Source: Actinomycetota bacterium
Lineage (GTDB): Bacteria; Actinomycetota; Geothermincolia; Fen-727; Anoxymicrobiaceae
Reading direction: 5' to 3'
Assembly: GCA_016927325.1 (NCBI GenBank)
Contig: JAFGMY010000156.1
Span: 36,415 to 100,414, forward strand
Length of the DNA stretch: 64,000 bases
Positions 54,755 through 63,836 of the stretch are shown one piece after another (position 1 is the first letter of the stretch; the number at the start of each line of letters is the position of its first letter). The notes under the pieces are model-generated. The model saw only the letters and a program-made list of their open reading frames with translations, had not been told where the DNA came from and did not search any database. The position numbers and the translations under genes were made by a program.

Positions 54755-55918
54755 ATGTCTTTTTTCATTGCATCCGAAGAATCGATTAAGGGCGGAGCAG
54801 TTACAGACGTCTATTTCGAGAGAGTCGCTGGCGCGCTTAAAGGAAAAGGAATCAACCCTGAAGTCTCAATGGAGATCAGGGCGGGTTCCCTGCCTTCGGA
54901 TTTGCAGTGGAGCGTTTTTACGGGTCTGGAAGAAGTCCTTGAACTAATTGAAGAGCTTCCTGTCACTGTAAGATCTATTGATGAGGGGACCATCTTTCGT
55001 GCCGGAGAACCGGTGATGTCGTTAAAGGGACGGTACCTCGATTTCGGAATTTTCGAAACGGCGGTTCTGGGATTGATTTGCCAGGCGACAGGGATTGCCA
55101 CAAACGCGGCAAGGTGCAAGCTTGCCGCAGGAGACAGGCCGGTAATAAGCTTTGGAGCCCGCAGGATGCATCCGGCTATCGCTCCGATGATCGAAAGAAA
55201 CGCGTTTGTAGGTGGGTGTGATGGAGTCGCCACCATTGAAAGCGCACGGCGGATAGGGGAGGAGCCTGTTGGCACGATGTCGCACACACTGATGCTGTGC
55301 TCGCCAAATGAAAAAGATGCAATTGAAGCTTTTGACGAGTCTCTGGATCCGGAAATCAAGAGGGTAGTCTTGATAGATACTTTTCAGGACGAAAAATTCG
55401 GAGCTCTGCATGCCGCGGAAATTCTCGGGAAAAAGTTGTATGCGGTTAGACTCGACACCCCGAATTCACGGCGCGGAGATTTCAGACGCATCATGGAAGA
55501 AGTAAGGTGGGAGCTTGATATACGGGGCTACGACCATGTGAAATTAATGGTGTCCGGCGGACTGGATGAGTATAAAATTATTGAGTATAACGGTGTCGCG
55601 GATGCTTATGGCGTCGGGACACATATCAGCAACTCAAGGGTTGTTGATTTTTCAATGGATATAGTGGAGGTCGAGGGTGAACCTTTTGCAAAAAGGGGCA
55701 AGAAGTCCGGCCTTAAGCAGCTATGGAAATGTTGTGATTGCGGGCTCAGAGTGCAGGAATTATCAAACACCAAGAACTTGTTGTGCCCCGATTGCGGCCG
55801 GAAAATGGAAGGCCTCCTCAGGGAGCGGTTTGCTGACGGCGGGAAGCTGCTGCCGGACAGTTCCCCCCGGGAACTGAGGTCATACGTTCTCAGCCAGGTA
55901 GACGGATTGAAACTCTGA
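54755..55918 (+). CDS. pncB: nicotinate phosphoribosyltransferase (archaeal/short type) with C-terminal Cys4 zinc ribbon
   Basis: 387 aa; NAPRTase type-II PRTase fold; C-terminal CCDCG ... CPDCG; RBS AGGAGG. Confidence 0.7.
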   Translation: MSFFIASEESIKGGAVTDVYFERVAGALKGKGINPEVSMEIRAGSLPSDLQWSVFTGLEEVLELIEELPVTVRSIDEGTIFRAGEPVMSLKGRYLDFGIFETAVLGLICQATGIATNAARCKLAAGDRPVISFGARRMHPAIAPMIERNAFVGGCDGVATIESARRIGEEPVGTMSHTLMLCSPNEKDAIEAFDESLDPEIKRVVLIDTFQDEKFGALHAAEILGKKLYAVRLDTPNSRRGDFRRIMEEVRWELDIRGYDHVKLMVSGGLDEYKIIEYNGVADAYGVGTHISNSRVVDFSMDIVEVEGEPFAKRGKKSGLKQLWKCCDCGLRVQELSNTKNLLCPDCGRKMEGLLRERFADGGKLLPDSSPRELRSYVLSQVDGLKL

Positions 55919-55938
55919 TGGACGTTACGTGAAAAATT

Positions 55939-56787
55939 ATGCCCTCATATGCTATAGGTGATAAATGGCGCTTTATAGAAGACCCCGGTTATTCCGGTTC
56001 CCTTAACATGGCGAGAGACGCGGCGCTGGCTCTCTGCATGGGGGACGGCTCCATGCCGGTGCTGAGGGTGTACAGGTTCACTCCGGCCTGTATTACCATA
56101 GGCCGCTTCCAGAGGATAAACGACGGACTGGATATAAAAAGATGTGAAAGCGCTGGAGTGGAGTTGGCCCGGAGGCCTACAGGAGGAATGGCTATACTCC
56201 ATAAAGACGATTTTACCTATAGTGTTACATTGCCGAGGATGGCCGGCGAAGAGCACCCGGCGGGAGCCAGAGATTTGTACTTCGATTTGATAGCCGGGGG
56301 AATACTGTGTTCACTCGAGCTTTTAGGAATTCACGCCCAGGTGGTAAGGCATAAAGAAAACCGGAAGCACTCCGCATGGTGTTTTGAAGGGGTTGCAGGC
56401 ATCGATATAAAGTACAGGGGAAGGAAAATTTGCGGCAGCGCGCAAAAGATATACGAGAAATCGGTTCTTCAGCACGGGTCGCTTTTCCTGGACCTGGACC
56501 GGAAGTTGTACATGGGGCTGACGGGCTGTGATGTGAAAAGTCCCGAGAGCCGACCGCTTTCATTCATCTCGCTGTGTGAAGCTGGAGAAAATGAGTACTC
56601 GTGGAACGGAATAAGCAGCGCGTTTGAAAAAGGTTTCTCTGATGCGCTCAATATAGAGCTCATAAATTCGGAATTCACCGATCGGGAAAATATTATGACG
56701 GACAGGCTGTTTAAAGAGCGGTTTGGAATGGAATCCTGGAATACCGGTGGAGTTCAAGAACGGGACCGAACCTTTTCTGACATGTAG
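55939..56787 (+). CDS. lipoate-protein ligase A / octanoyltransferase family (BPL/LPL catalytic domain)
   Basis: 282 aa; LplA/LipM signature (RRPTGGMAILHKDDFTYSV, KICGSAQK conserved Lys). Confidence 0.7.
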   Translation: MPSYAIGDKWRFIEDPGYSGSLNMARDAALALCMGDGSMPVLRVYRFTPACITIGRFQRINDGLDIKRCESAGVELARRPTGGMAILHKDDFTYSVTLPRMAGEEHPAGARDLYFDLIAGGILCSLELLGIHAQVVRHKENRKHSAWCFEGVAGIDIKYRGRKICGSAQKIYEKSVLQHGSLFLDLDRKLYMGLTGCDVKSPESRPLSFISLCEAGENEYSWNGISSAFEKGFSDALNIELINSEFTDRENIMTDRLFKERFGMESWNTGGVQERDRTFSDM

Positions 56788-56916
56788 TTATGTTATTATT
56801 AGCCTAAGCGGTTGGCTTGTGTTATTTTCGGACAAGATGGTGTTCGATGGGGTATTGAACAATATTCAGTTGATCCGGCCGTGAAGGTACTGCTGGAGGA
56901 TTGACAAGGAGGCACA

Positions 56917-57096
56917 TTGGAAAGCGTTGCGCCCAGCAACATAAAGCTGGATTTCGAGAGCCTTTCAACTAAACAGAAGAATGCAATTTTATCAATAGTC
57001 AAAGATATAGGATTTACACCGATGGAAATCGGGGAACTTGTAATAAAGATAAACGTTATGGACGAGTCCCTGGAACCGGAAAATAGTTCTCTATGA
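56917..57096 (+). CDS. small hypothetical ORF (59 aa) with strong SD, upstream of the FHA gene
   Basis: AAGGAGG at 56906-56912, TTG start; translation LESVAPSNIKLDFESLSTKQKNAILSIVKDIGFTPMEIGELVIKINVMDESLEPENSSL; below the 60-aa ORF-track cutoff. Confidence 0.3.
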   Translation: MESVAPSNIKLDFESLSTKQKNAILSIVKDIGFTPMEIGELVIKINVMDESLEPENSSL

Positions 57097-57591
57097 TTGG
57101 GTACGGATGTGAGCGAAATGTTTTGTCCTGCTTGTGGAACAAATAATCCCGAAGAAAGTACATACTGCGGCAAGTGTGGGGCGTACCTCGGATCTTCGGC
57201 ACGCGAAGGCGAATCGACGACAACGATAACTTTGACTCCTGTCGAGGCCGATGTGGAACAGGAGGAAGATATCCAGATACCGGAAGAGGAACTTCAACCG
57301 GGAGTGGGGATGCTGGTTGTAAAAAGGGGACCGAGCGCGGGAACAAGGTTTGTGCTTGACAAAGAGACGACAACATCGGGAAGACACCCGGAGAGCGATA
57401 TTTTTCTTGATGACATAACCGTTTCGAGAATACATGCGATTATCGAAAAAACCGGCAATGATTTCAAGATTACCGATAAGGGCAGCTTGAACGGCACTTA
57501 TGTAAATAAAATGAGGGTAGATTCATCGAGTCTCGAAAACGGCGATGAGGTGCAGATAGGCAAGTTCAGGCTTGTATTCTTTACAAAGTAA
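57097..57591 (+). CDS. FHA-domain protein with N-terminal zinc ribbon
   Basis: CPACG ... CGKCG zinc ribbon; FHA core GRHPESDIFLDDITVSRIHAII ... SLNGTYVN; probable start ATG 57118. Confidence 0.8.
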   Translation: MGTDVSEMFCPACGTNNPEESTYCGKCGAYLGSSAREGESTTTITLTPVEADVEQEEDIQIPEEELQPGVGMLVVKRGPSAGTRFVLDKETTTSGRHPESDIFLDDITVSRIHAIIEKTGNDFKITDKGSLNGTYVNKMRVDSSSLENGDEVQIGKFRLVFFTK

Positions 57592-57675
57592 TACACAAAA
57601 GTTATTGACATTGTAATCCATTTTCACCAGTATAATCTTAAGGTTTGACTTTATATTCACAGTTATAGAAAGTGG

Positions 57676-58548
57676 ATGGGTATGGCGCTTGAAGAAAAGA
57701 AGTACGGTATAGGCGAAGTTCAAAATGTTTTAAAAGAAGAGTTTCCTGATGTTACCATCAGCAAGATAAGGTTCCTTGAAAAAGAGGGGCTGATAACGCC
57801 GGAGAGAACAGAGAGCGGCTACAGGAAATTCAATAAAACGCATATCAGAATGCTGAGTTATGTGCTCAGGCTTCAAAGGGAGGAGTACCTCCCGCTGTCC
57901 GTCATAAAAAGAAAAATGGAAGATCTTGAATCCGGGAAGACGGTTGCAGGAGATATGACCGTAATGTCGGGGAAGGAAGAACAACCGGCTGCCGAGGGGT
58001 CTGTTCCTCTATCGGTGGAACTCGCCCCGGCGAAGCTGGGGCTGTCGCCGGAAACCGTCAAGGAACTTGTCGATTACGGGATTGTCGAAGTGAGCATCGG
58101 CCCGGACGGCAAGTATTTTGCCACGGGGGACGTAAAAGTGCTGGCGATCGCGAAGGAGTTTTTCCGGTACGGAATAGAAGCCAGGCACCTGAGGATGTTC
58201 AAGCAGTTCGTTAACAGGGAAGCGTCCTTGATCGAGCAGATAGTAAGGCCGCAACTGCAGCACCGTGACCCGAGTTCCAAAAGAAACGCGGTGAAGCATC
58301 TTGAGAACCTGATCTCCGTATCTCACATGTTCATCGAAGCGTTGCTCCAGAAAGAGTTATCCGAACATCTTCCAAGGGAAATATCCATCGATCTTTCACA
58401 GGGAGATTTAAATCAGGCGAGCGTCGCTGAAATGGATGAGCCGCAAAGCATGATTGAAAGGCCGGAAGAGGACACAGAGGCTGAAGAGGAAATGGAAATA
58501 CCTGAAGACCCGGCGGAGTGCGACGGGATAACGGAGAAGCCGGAATAA
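57676..58548 (+). CDS. MerR-family transcriptional regulator (long C-terminal acidic tail)
   Basis: 290 aa; MerR HTH (YGIGEVQNVLKEEFPDVTISKIRFLEKEGLITPERTESGYRKF). Confidence 0.8.
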   Translation: MGMALEEKKYGIGEVQNVLKEEFPDVTISKIRFLEKEGLITPERTESGYRKFNKTHIRMLSYVLRLQREEYLPLSVIKRKMEDLESGKTVAGDMTVMSGKEEQPAAEGSVPLSVELAPAKLGLSPETVKELVDYGIVEVSIGPDGKYFATGDVKVLAIAKEFFRYGIEARHLRMFKQFVNREASLIEQIVRPQLQHRDPSSKRNAVKHLENLISVSHMFIEALLQKELSEHLPREISIDLSQGDLNQASVAEMDEPQSMIERPEEDTEAEEEMEIPEDPAECDGITEKPE

Positions 58549-58822
58549 GAGGATACAGGGCTTCTTATCGGGTAATTGCCGGAACAATGGGTAATAGCAG
58601 CCTTAACAGATTGAATTTACTGATATTTTCGAGGTCTGATAATATATAATATTTGTGTATCTATGCTTCCTCTTGATCCGGGAGCGGGCGTGAAAAGAGT
58701 ATGGAAGAAAGCGACCAATCCAACAGCATAATAAGAAACATGGCGGGTCTTGCTCGAGTTGACGATCACCCGGGAGGGATTTTGCCTTGATTTGATCTAT
58801 CTTGGGACGGGTGAAAGGATCG

Positions 58823-58847
58823 AGCCCTCTTCCTGAGGGCTTTTTTT
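58823..58847 (+). terminator. intrinsic terminator inside the mgtE 5' leader (candidate riboswitch expression platform)
   Basis: Stem AGCCCTC / GAGGGCT, loop TTCCT, then 7 T; ends about 25 nt before the probable GTG start at 58873. Confidence 0.65.
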
Positions 58848-58872
58848 GTCGCCCGTACAAAGGGGGCATGCA

Positions 58873-60681
58873 GTGCAGTATCTCAGCACCATGCTGAATA
58901 AGAGAATATACAGGAGCGATGGCACCGGACTGGGCCGCCTTGAAGACGTAATGGTGACCGGCGCGACTAAGTTTCCGTTTATTGAAGGGATCGTCGTCAA
59001 AGCCGCAATTACAGAAAAGAGGCGGCATTATTATGTCCCGTGGGACAAAGTTTCCGTAGGAGAGGACGACAAGTGGACAGTGGAGGAATACTCAGACGAT
59101 CCAATCCCTGAGAGCGGCTACTTCCTGTTGTGCAGGGATTTGCTTGACAAGCAGATTGTCGATCTCGACGGTTATAAGATAGTCAGGGTAACTGATGTGC
59201 GTTTGGCCCGGGCGGGCCGGATGCTGAGGGTGGTTGGAGTTGACATAGGTGTTCTGGCCATTCTCCGCAGGCTCGGGTTCGGGTGGATAGCCGACCGCCT
59301 CAGGGGAAGGCTCAGGGGAGAGTTGTGGGACAAGACCGTCTCCTGGAACCTTATGGCCCCCGTCGAGCAAATGCCCCATGATTTAAAGCTTCTCGTTCCT
59401 TATCGAGAGTATTTAAAAGCCCATCCATCGGATATTGCCGACATCGTGGAGCAGCTCGACGAAACGCAGCGGACCAAGATGTTTGCCCTGATCGACGATC
59501 CCAAGGCCGCCAGTGTGCTTGTAAAAGTCCTCCCGGGTAAGCTTGAAGAAGTTGCTGATTCTATCGATAACGACAGGTTGTCGGATCTGCTGGAAATAAT
59601 GCCTCCCGACGAGGCTGCTGACATTCTGGGTTCATTTACAAGGGAGAAGGCCGAACTGCTCCTTTCCCTGATGGAAATTGACGAGGCGTCCGTGGTAAGC
59701 GAACTTCTGGGATACGACCCTGATACTGCCGGGGGAAGGATGACGACGGAGTATGTATCAATCTCGAAGCTGATGACACCTGAAGATGTTATGGAAAAGT
59801 TGAGGCGGGAACATTCAGAGGTTGAGACAATTTACTACCTCTACGTAGTCGACTCGGACAACCATCTTTCCGGAGTCTTGTCCCTCAGAGACCTTCTCAG
59901 GGCATCTTCGGAAGAGGAGATCGGCGGAATTATGTCCAGGGACATCATCACCTCAAATGTCATGGACAGCCAGGAGAATGTGGCTGAAAAGCTGGTCAAG
60001 TACAACCTTCTGGCACTTCCCATCGTGGATAACGATCACGTTATGAAGGGTATCGTTACTTACGACGACGTGATTGATGTAATGATGGAGGAAGCCTCCG
60101 AGGACCTTTCCAGAGTATCCGGAGTTCCTTTCGAGGATGAAGGGACTCCGGTCCACGGTATCCTGGACCGCCGCCGCTGGTACTGGACTTCCCTGACCTT
60201 CCTGGGCGGACTTGCGGGAATGGTGCTGTTCGGGATTTTCAGACCGGTCTTCGCGGCGGCCCTGTTTCTGGTTTACTTTATTCCCCTTGCCATGAGAGCC
60301 ACTAACAATGTTTCCGTCTGGTCACTGGCGTCCGCTGTTTATGGATTGACAACGGAAACGGCCTTTGAGATCAACTGGAAAGAGATTTTCAAGAGGGAAT
60401 ACGGGTACATGATCGCGGTATCATGTTTCACGGCGGTGGTAACTTTCCTGGTCGGCCGGGTTTGGACGCAGAACCTGCATCAGGCTTTCGCGGCCGCGGC
60501 GGGCATTTTCACGGCGGTGTTTCTTACCGGCACCCTGGGCATAGTAATACCGGTCTTGCTCTTCCAATTGAGCTACGGAAAGGTCAAGTCGCAGGGGAGC
60601 CTGATAAAGACCGCCATGATGGTAGTATCCATTTCTTCCTATCTGCTTGTCGGATGGGCGATCCTCAGGTATTGGGGTTAG
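58873..60681 (+). CDS. mgtE: MgtE-family magnesium transporter with an extra N-terminal PRC-barrel-like region of about 190 aa
   Basis: MgtE N-domain, CBS pair (TIYYLYVVDSDNHLSGVLSLRDLL ...), 5 C-terminal TM helices; RBS AAGGGGG 7 nt before GTG 58873 (ORF-track TTG 58846 lies inside the terminator T-run). Confidence 0.7.
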   Translation: MQYLSTMLNKRIYRSDGTGLGRLEDVMVTGATKFPFIEGIVVKAAITEKRRHYYVPWDKVSVGEDDKWTVEEYSDDPIPESGYFLLCRDLLDKQIVDLDGYKIVRVTDVRLARAGRMLRVVGVDIGVLAILRRLGFGWIADRLRGRLRGELWDKTVSWNLMAPVEQMPHDLKLLVPYREYLKAHPSDIADIVEQLDETQRTKMFALIDDPKAASVLVKVLPGKLEEVADSIDNDRLSDLLEIMPPDEAADILGSFTREKAELLLSLMEIDEASVVSELLGYDPDTAGGRMTTEYVSISKLMTPEDVMEKLRREHSEVETIYYLYVVDSDNHLSGVLSLRDLLRASSEEEIGGIMSRDIITSNVMDSQENVAEKLVKYNLLALPIVDNDHVMKGIVTYDDVIDVMMEEASEDLSRVSGVPFEDEGTPVHGILDRRRWYWTSLTFLGGLAGMVLFGIFRPVFAAALFLVYFIPLAMRATNNVSVWSLASAVYGLTTETAFEINWKEIFKREYGYMIAVSCFTAVVTFLVGRVWTQNLHQAFAAAAGIFTAVFLTGTLGIVIPVLLFQLSYGKVKSQGSLIKTAMMVVSISSYLLVGWAILRYWG

Positions 60682-60687
60682 AGAACA

Positions 60688-61935
60688 GTGGGTGAGAACA
60701 GAAGGAAACGGTTAATACGGTTCCTGTTGCTTTACGCTTCGGTTGCGGGCCCCGGCCTTGTCGCCGCTCTTGCAGGCAACGGAGCGAGCGGAATAACAAC
60801 TTACTCTGTTGTGGGTTCGGAGTTCGGGCTTTCAATGGTCTGGCTGCTCTTAATAAGTGCGATCAGCCTCACCATATTCCAGGAGATGTCCGCCCGGATG
60901 GGAGCGGTGACCGGAAAAGGCCTTGCTTCTTTGATCAGGGAAAAGTTCGGTATCAAACCCACTTTTTTCGCAATGCTTACACTTCTGGCGGCAAATGTCG
61001 CTATAACCGTCGCCGAATTCGCTGGAATCGCCGCGAGCCTTGAGATAATCGGGATCAGCAAGTATCTTACGATGCCTTTCATCGCCGCTTTGATATGGTT
61101 GTATGTTACAAGGGGTTCTTTTGAAAAAGTTGAAAAAGCGTTTCTTCTTATTTGCGTTATTCAACTGTCCTATGTTGTTTCTGGGATCATTGTAAAGCCC
61201 GACTGGGCACAGGTGGGAGTCAGCCTCGTAAGACCCGAAATAGTACTGACCTCGTCATACATGTTCGCCGCGATTGCGATTGTAGGGACCACCATAGCTC
61301 CATGGATGCAGTTTTTTACCCAGTCCAACGTTGTGGACAAGGGAATCGACATGAAAAACTACTATCTCGAGAAGGCCGATGTCATCATGGGTTCGGCCAT
61401 CTCGAACATCATCGCGCTTTTCATCATGATCTGCACCGCCTTTACCCTTTATCCAAAGGGACAGACCATACACACCGCAAGGGAAGCCGCCGCGGCCCTT
61501 GAGCCTTTCGCCGGAACATACGCGGTCTGGCTGTTCGCGCTGGGACTCTTCGGCGCGTCCATGCTGTCCGCTTCGGTTGTGCCCCTTTCCACGTCATACG
61601 CCGTAAGTGAGGCCTTCGGCTGGGAAAGCGGCATAGGCCGGCGGTTTTCCGAGGCGCCGCTTTTCTTCAGCCTGTATACGTTCTTTATTGTCAGCGGAGT
61701 CGTGGTGGTGCTTATACCTGGAATATCACTGGTCGGGGTTATGTTGTTGGCCCAGGTGCTCAATGGTATACTCTTGCCGATCATTCTAATATATATGCTC
61801 CGTATAGCTAATGACCGCGCTATTATGGGCGACCACGTCAATGGCCGGGCACTGAATATAGTAGCGTCTATTATTGCTGTCGGAATAATCGGACTAAGCC
61901 TTATTCTCCTTTTCCAGGGAATATTTTCCTTATAA
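60688..61935 (+). CDS. NRAMP/SLC11-like transporter, divergent (metal-site motifs altered)
   Basis: 415 aa; 11 predicted TM helices with NRAMP-like topology; TM1 LAGNGASG in place of DPGN and TM6 IAPWMQFF in place of MPH. Confidence 0.55.
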   Translation: MGENRRKRLIRFLLLYASVAGPGLVAALAGNGASGITTYSVVGSEFGLSMVWLLLISAISLTIFQEMSARMGAVTGKGLASLIREKFGIKPTFFAMLTLLAANVAITVAEFAGIAASLEIIGISKYLTMPFIAALIWLYVTRGSFEKVEKAFLLICVIQLSYVVSGIIVKPDWAQVGVSLVRPEIVLTSSYMFAAIAIVGTTIAPWMQFFTQSNVVDKGIDMKNYYLEKADVIMGSAISNIIALFIMICTAFTLYPKGQTIHTAREAAAALEPFAGTYAVWLFALGLFGASMLSASVVPLSTSYAVSEAFGWESGIGRRFSEAPLFFSLYTFFIVSGVVVVLIPGISLVGVMLLAQVLNGILLPIILIYMLRIANDRAIMGDHVNGRALNIVASIIAVGIIGLSLILLFQGIFSL

Positions 61936-61938
61936 TTT

Positions 61939-63258
61939 ATGAAAAGAGTATACAGAGACAACAAAAAAAGCACGGATATCCGGTACAGGATCGGTACTAA
62001 ATTCAGTTCAACGGCAAAAAGCCGCCATAAATTAATGTTGGTTGTTCTTCTTGTTTTTGTGGCTCTGTTCGGAATTGCCACAATAGCTGTTAACGCTGAA
62101 ACGGGAATGTGGCCACCGGTTGAAAAATCCGCCGAAGAGTTTAAGCTCCCTCAGGGGAAAATACCCGGTGCACCTTTTGTGGAGGCGAGGTCCGCTGTAC
62201 TTATGGACGAGTTCAGCGGAAATGTTCTTTTCGAAAAAAACGCAGGCGAACAGCTCGCCATGGCGAGCACTACAAAGATGATGACCGCCCTTGTGGCAAG
62301 AGAGCAGCTCGAACCGGGCGACATCGTTTCGATAACGCCTGAAGCCGCCGCCGTGGGAGAACAGGAACTCTGGCTGGAACCGGGTGAACAGATAAGCGTG
62401 GAAGACCTTCTGTGGGCTTTGCTTGTGCATTCGGCCAATGACGCGGCGATGGCGCTGGCACAGTATACTTCAGGCTCGGTCGAAGGTTTCGCCGCCTTGA
62501 TGAACGAAAAGGCCGCAAAGCTTGGAGCGGACAATTCCCATTTTAAGAACCCTCACGGACTTGACGAGGAAGGGCACTACTCCACCGCTTACGACCTTGC
62601 CTTGATAGGGCGAGAACTTCTGAGTGACCCGCTTCTCGCGGACATGGTGAAATGCAGCAGCCATCCTATTCCAAAGCCCGGCTCGGAAATACCCTGGACG
62701 TGCCTGAGCCATAATCACTTTTTAAAGAAATACCCGGGCGCCACAGGAATCAAGACCGGTTATACGTTGAGAGCCGGGCCTTGTCTCGTAGCCTCCGCAT
62801 GCCGTGACGGAAAGTCAATGGTGGCTGTCGCGCTCAACAGTGAACACAGGGACGAAGACGTGATGAATATGCTGGAGTTCGGTTTCGCAAACGCTGTCCC
62901 GGTTGAAATGGTGAACAGTGAGAACCGTTCGGGAAGGGTCAGGGTGTCCGCATATCCCAGGGCATACGTAGACGCTTACCCGAAAGATTCAGTCACCGCG
63001 CTTACGGTCAACGGGTCCAGGTCGGAATTCAGGGTAAGCTACGAACTATTGAAGGAATCACCCGCGAAAACCAGAAAAGGTGATGTAGTGGGTGAAGCGA
63101 AGTGCAGCATCAACGGCAGGGTATTCGCCAAGGTAGACATAGTGACGGTGGAGAAAGCGGAGAGTGACGGCATTACCGGGAAAATAATGTTCTTTATCTG
63201 GTACGTATTATGCTGGATTGGAAGAATCGTCTCCGCGCCTGTCCGGATATTTACTTGA
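61939..63258 (+). CDS. D-alanyl-D-alanine carboxypeptidase (S11 peptidase, PBP5/DacB-like) with C-terminal membrane anchor
   Basis: 439 aa; SxxK ASTTKMMT, SxN SANDAA, KTG motif GIKTGYT; signal/TM at the N-terminus. Confidence 0.8.
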   Translation: MKRVYRDNKKSTDIRYRIGTKFSSTAKSRHKLMLVVLLVFVALFGIATIAVNAETGMWPPVEKSAEEFKLPQGKIPGAPFVEARSAVLMDEFSGNVLFEKNAGEQLAMASTTKMMTALVAREQLEPGDIVSITPEAAAVGEQELWLEPGEQISVEDLLWALLVHSANDAAMALAQYTSGSVEGFAALMNEKAAKLGADNSHFKNPHGLDEEGHYSTAYDLALIGRELLSDPLLADMVKCSSHPIPKPGSEIPWTCLSHNHFLKKYPGATGIKTGYTLRAGPCLVASACRDGKSMVAVALNSEHRDEDVMNMLEFGFANAVPVEMVNSENRSGRVRVSAYPRAYVDAYPKDSVTALTVNGSRSEFRVSYELLKESPAKTRKGDVVGEAKCSINGRVFAKVDIVTVEKAESDGITGKIMFFIWYVLCWIGRIVSAPVRIFT

Positions 63259-63359
63259 ATTGTGCGAGGTTTTCAGAAGACTGATTTATATTGATCGTCA
63301 GCGACAATCAGCGTTGATTTGACCTCTTCTCGCGATATGGAGTATAAAAGAACTGGTGA

Positions 63360-63836
63360 TTGATCATGATTAAAATGAAGTTACTCGGCGTCAGAGTCGA
63401 ACTTCCAGCAAACCAACCAATCGTGCTTCTTCAGGAGGAGAAGGGAGAGAGATCCCTTCCGATATGGATTGGCGCGTTTGAGGCAACGGCAATAGCTTTT
63501 GCACTGCAGGGGGTTGAAACGGCGAGGCCGATGACCCACGATCTGTTCAAGAACGTCCTCGATGATTTCCAGGTCAAAGTTGAGAGCATACTTGTGAACG
63601 ATCTGGTGGACGGAACGTTTTTCGCCGAGATAACGATGTTCCAGAACGAAAAGAAGTACCTGGTCAGCGCAAGACCGTCTGATGCGATAGCATTAGCCGT
63701 AAGGATGGATGTACCGATCTTCGCTGAAGAAAAGGTACTGGATGAAGCAGGAATAATTCTTGAAACTTCTGAGGAAGACGAGATAAAGAGATTCCGTGAT
63801 TTTCTAGACAATGTTGAACCTCAGGATTTTCTATAG
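63360..63836 (+). CDS. bifunctional nuclease family protein (DUF151 / BFN)
   Basis: 158 aa; LLGVRVELPANQPIVLLQEEKGERSLPIWIGAFEATAI pattern of the BFN domain. Confidence 0.65.
   Translation: MIMIKMKLLGVRVELPANQPIVLLQEEKGERSLPIWIGAFEATAIAFALQGVETARPMTHDLFKNVLDDFQVKVESILVNDLVDGTFFAEITMFQNEKKYLVSARPSDAIALAVRMDVPIFAEEKVLDEAGIILETSEEDEIKRFRDFLDNVEPQDFL

Noticed and set aside
58549-58872. Tried to call the mgtE leader an M-box (ykoK) riboswitch
   Set aside because: The architecture fits, but I could not find the conserved M-box core sequences by inspection, so I report it only as a candidate riboswitch of unassigned class.
58603-59028. 141-aa minus-strand ORF over the mgtE leader and 5' end
   Set aside because: It runs through the leader terminator and into mgtE on the opposite strand; no SD or homology.
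61449-62081. 210-aa minus-strand ORF spanning the NRAMP-like / carboxypeptidase junction
   Set aside because: It overlaps two co-directional plus-strand genes with good motifs and reads as antisense low-complexity sequence.
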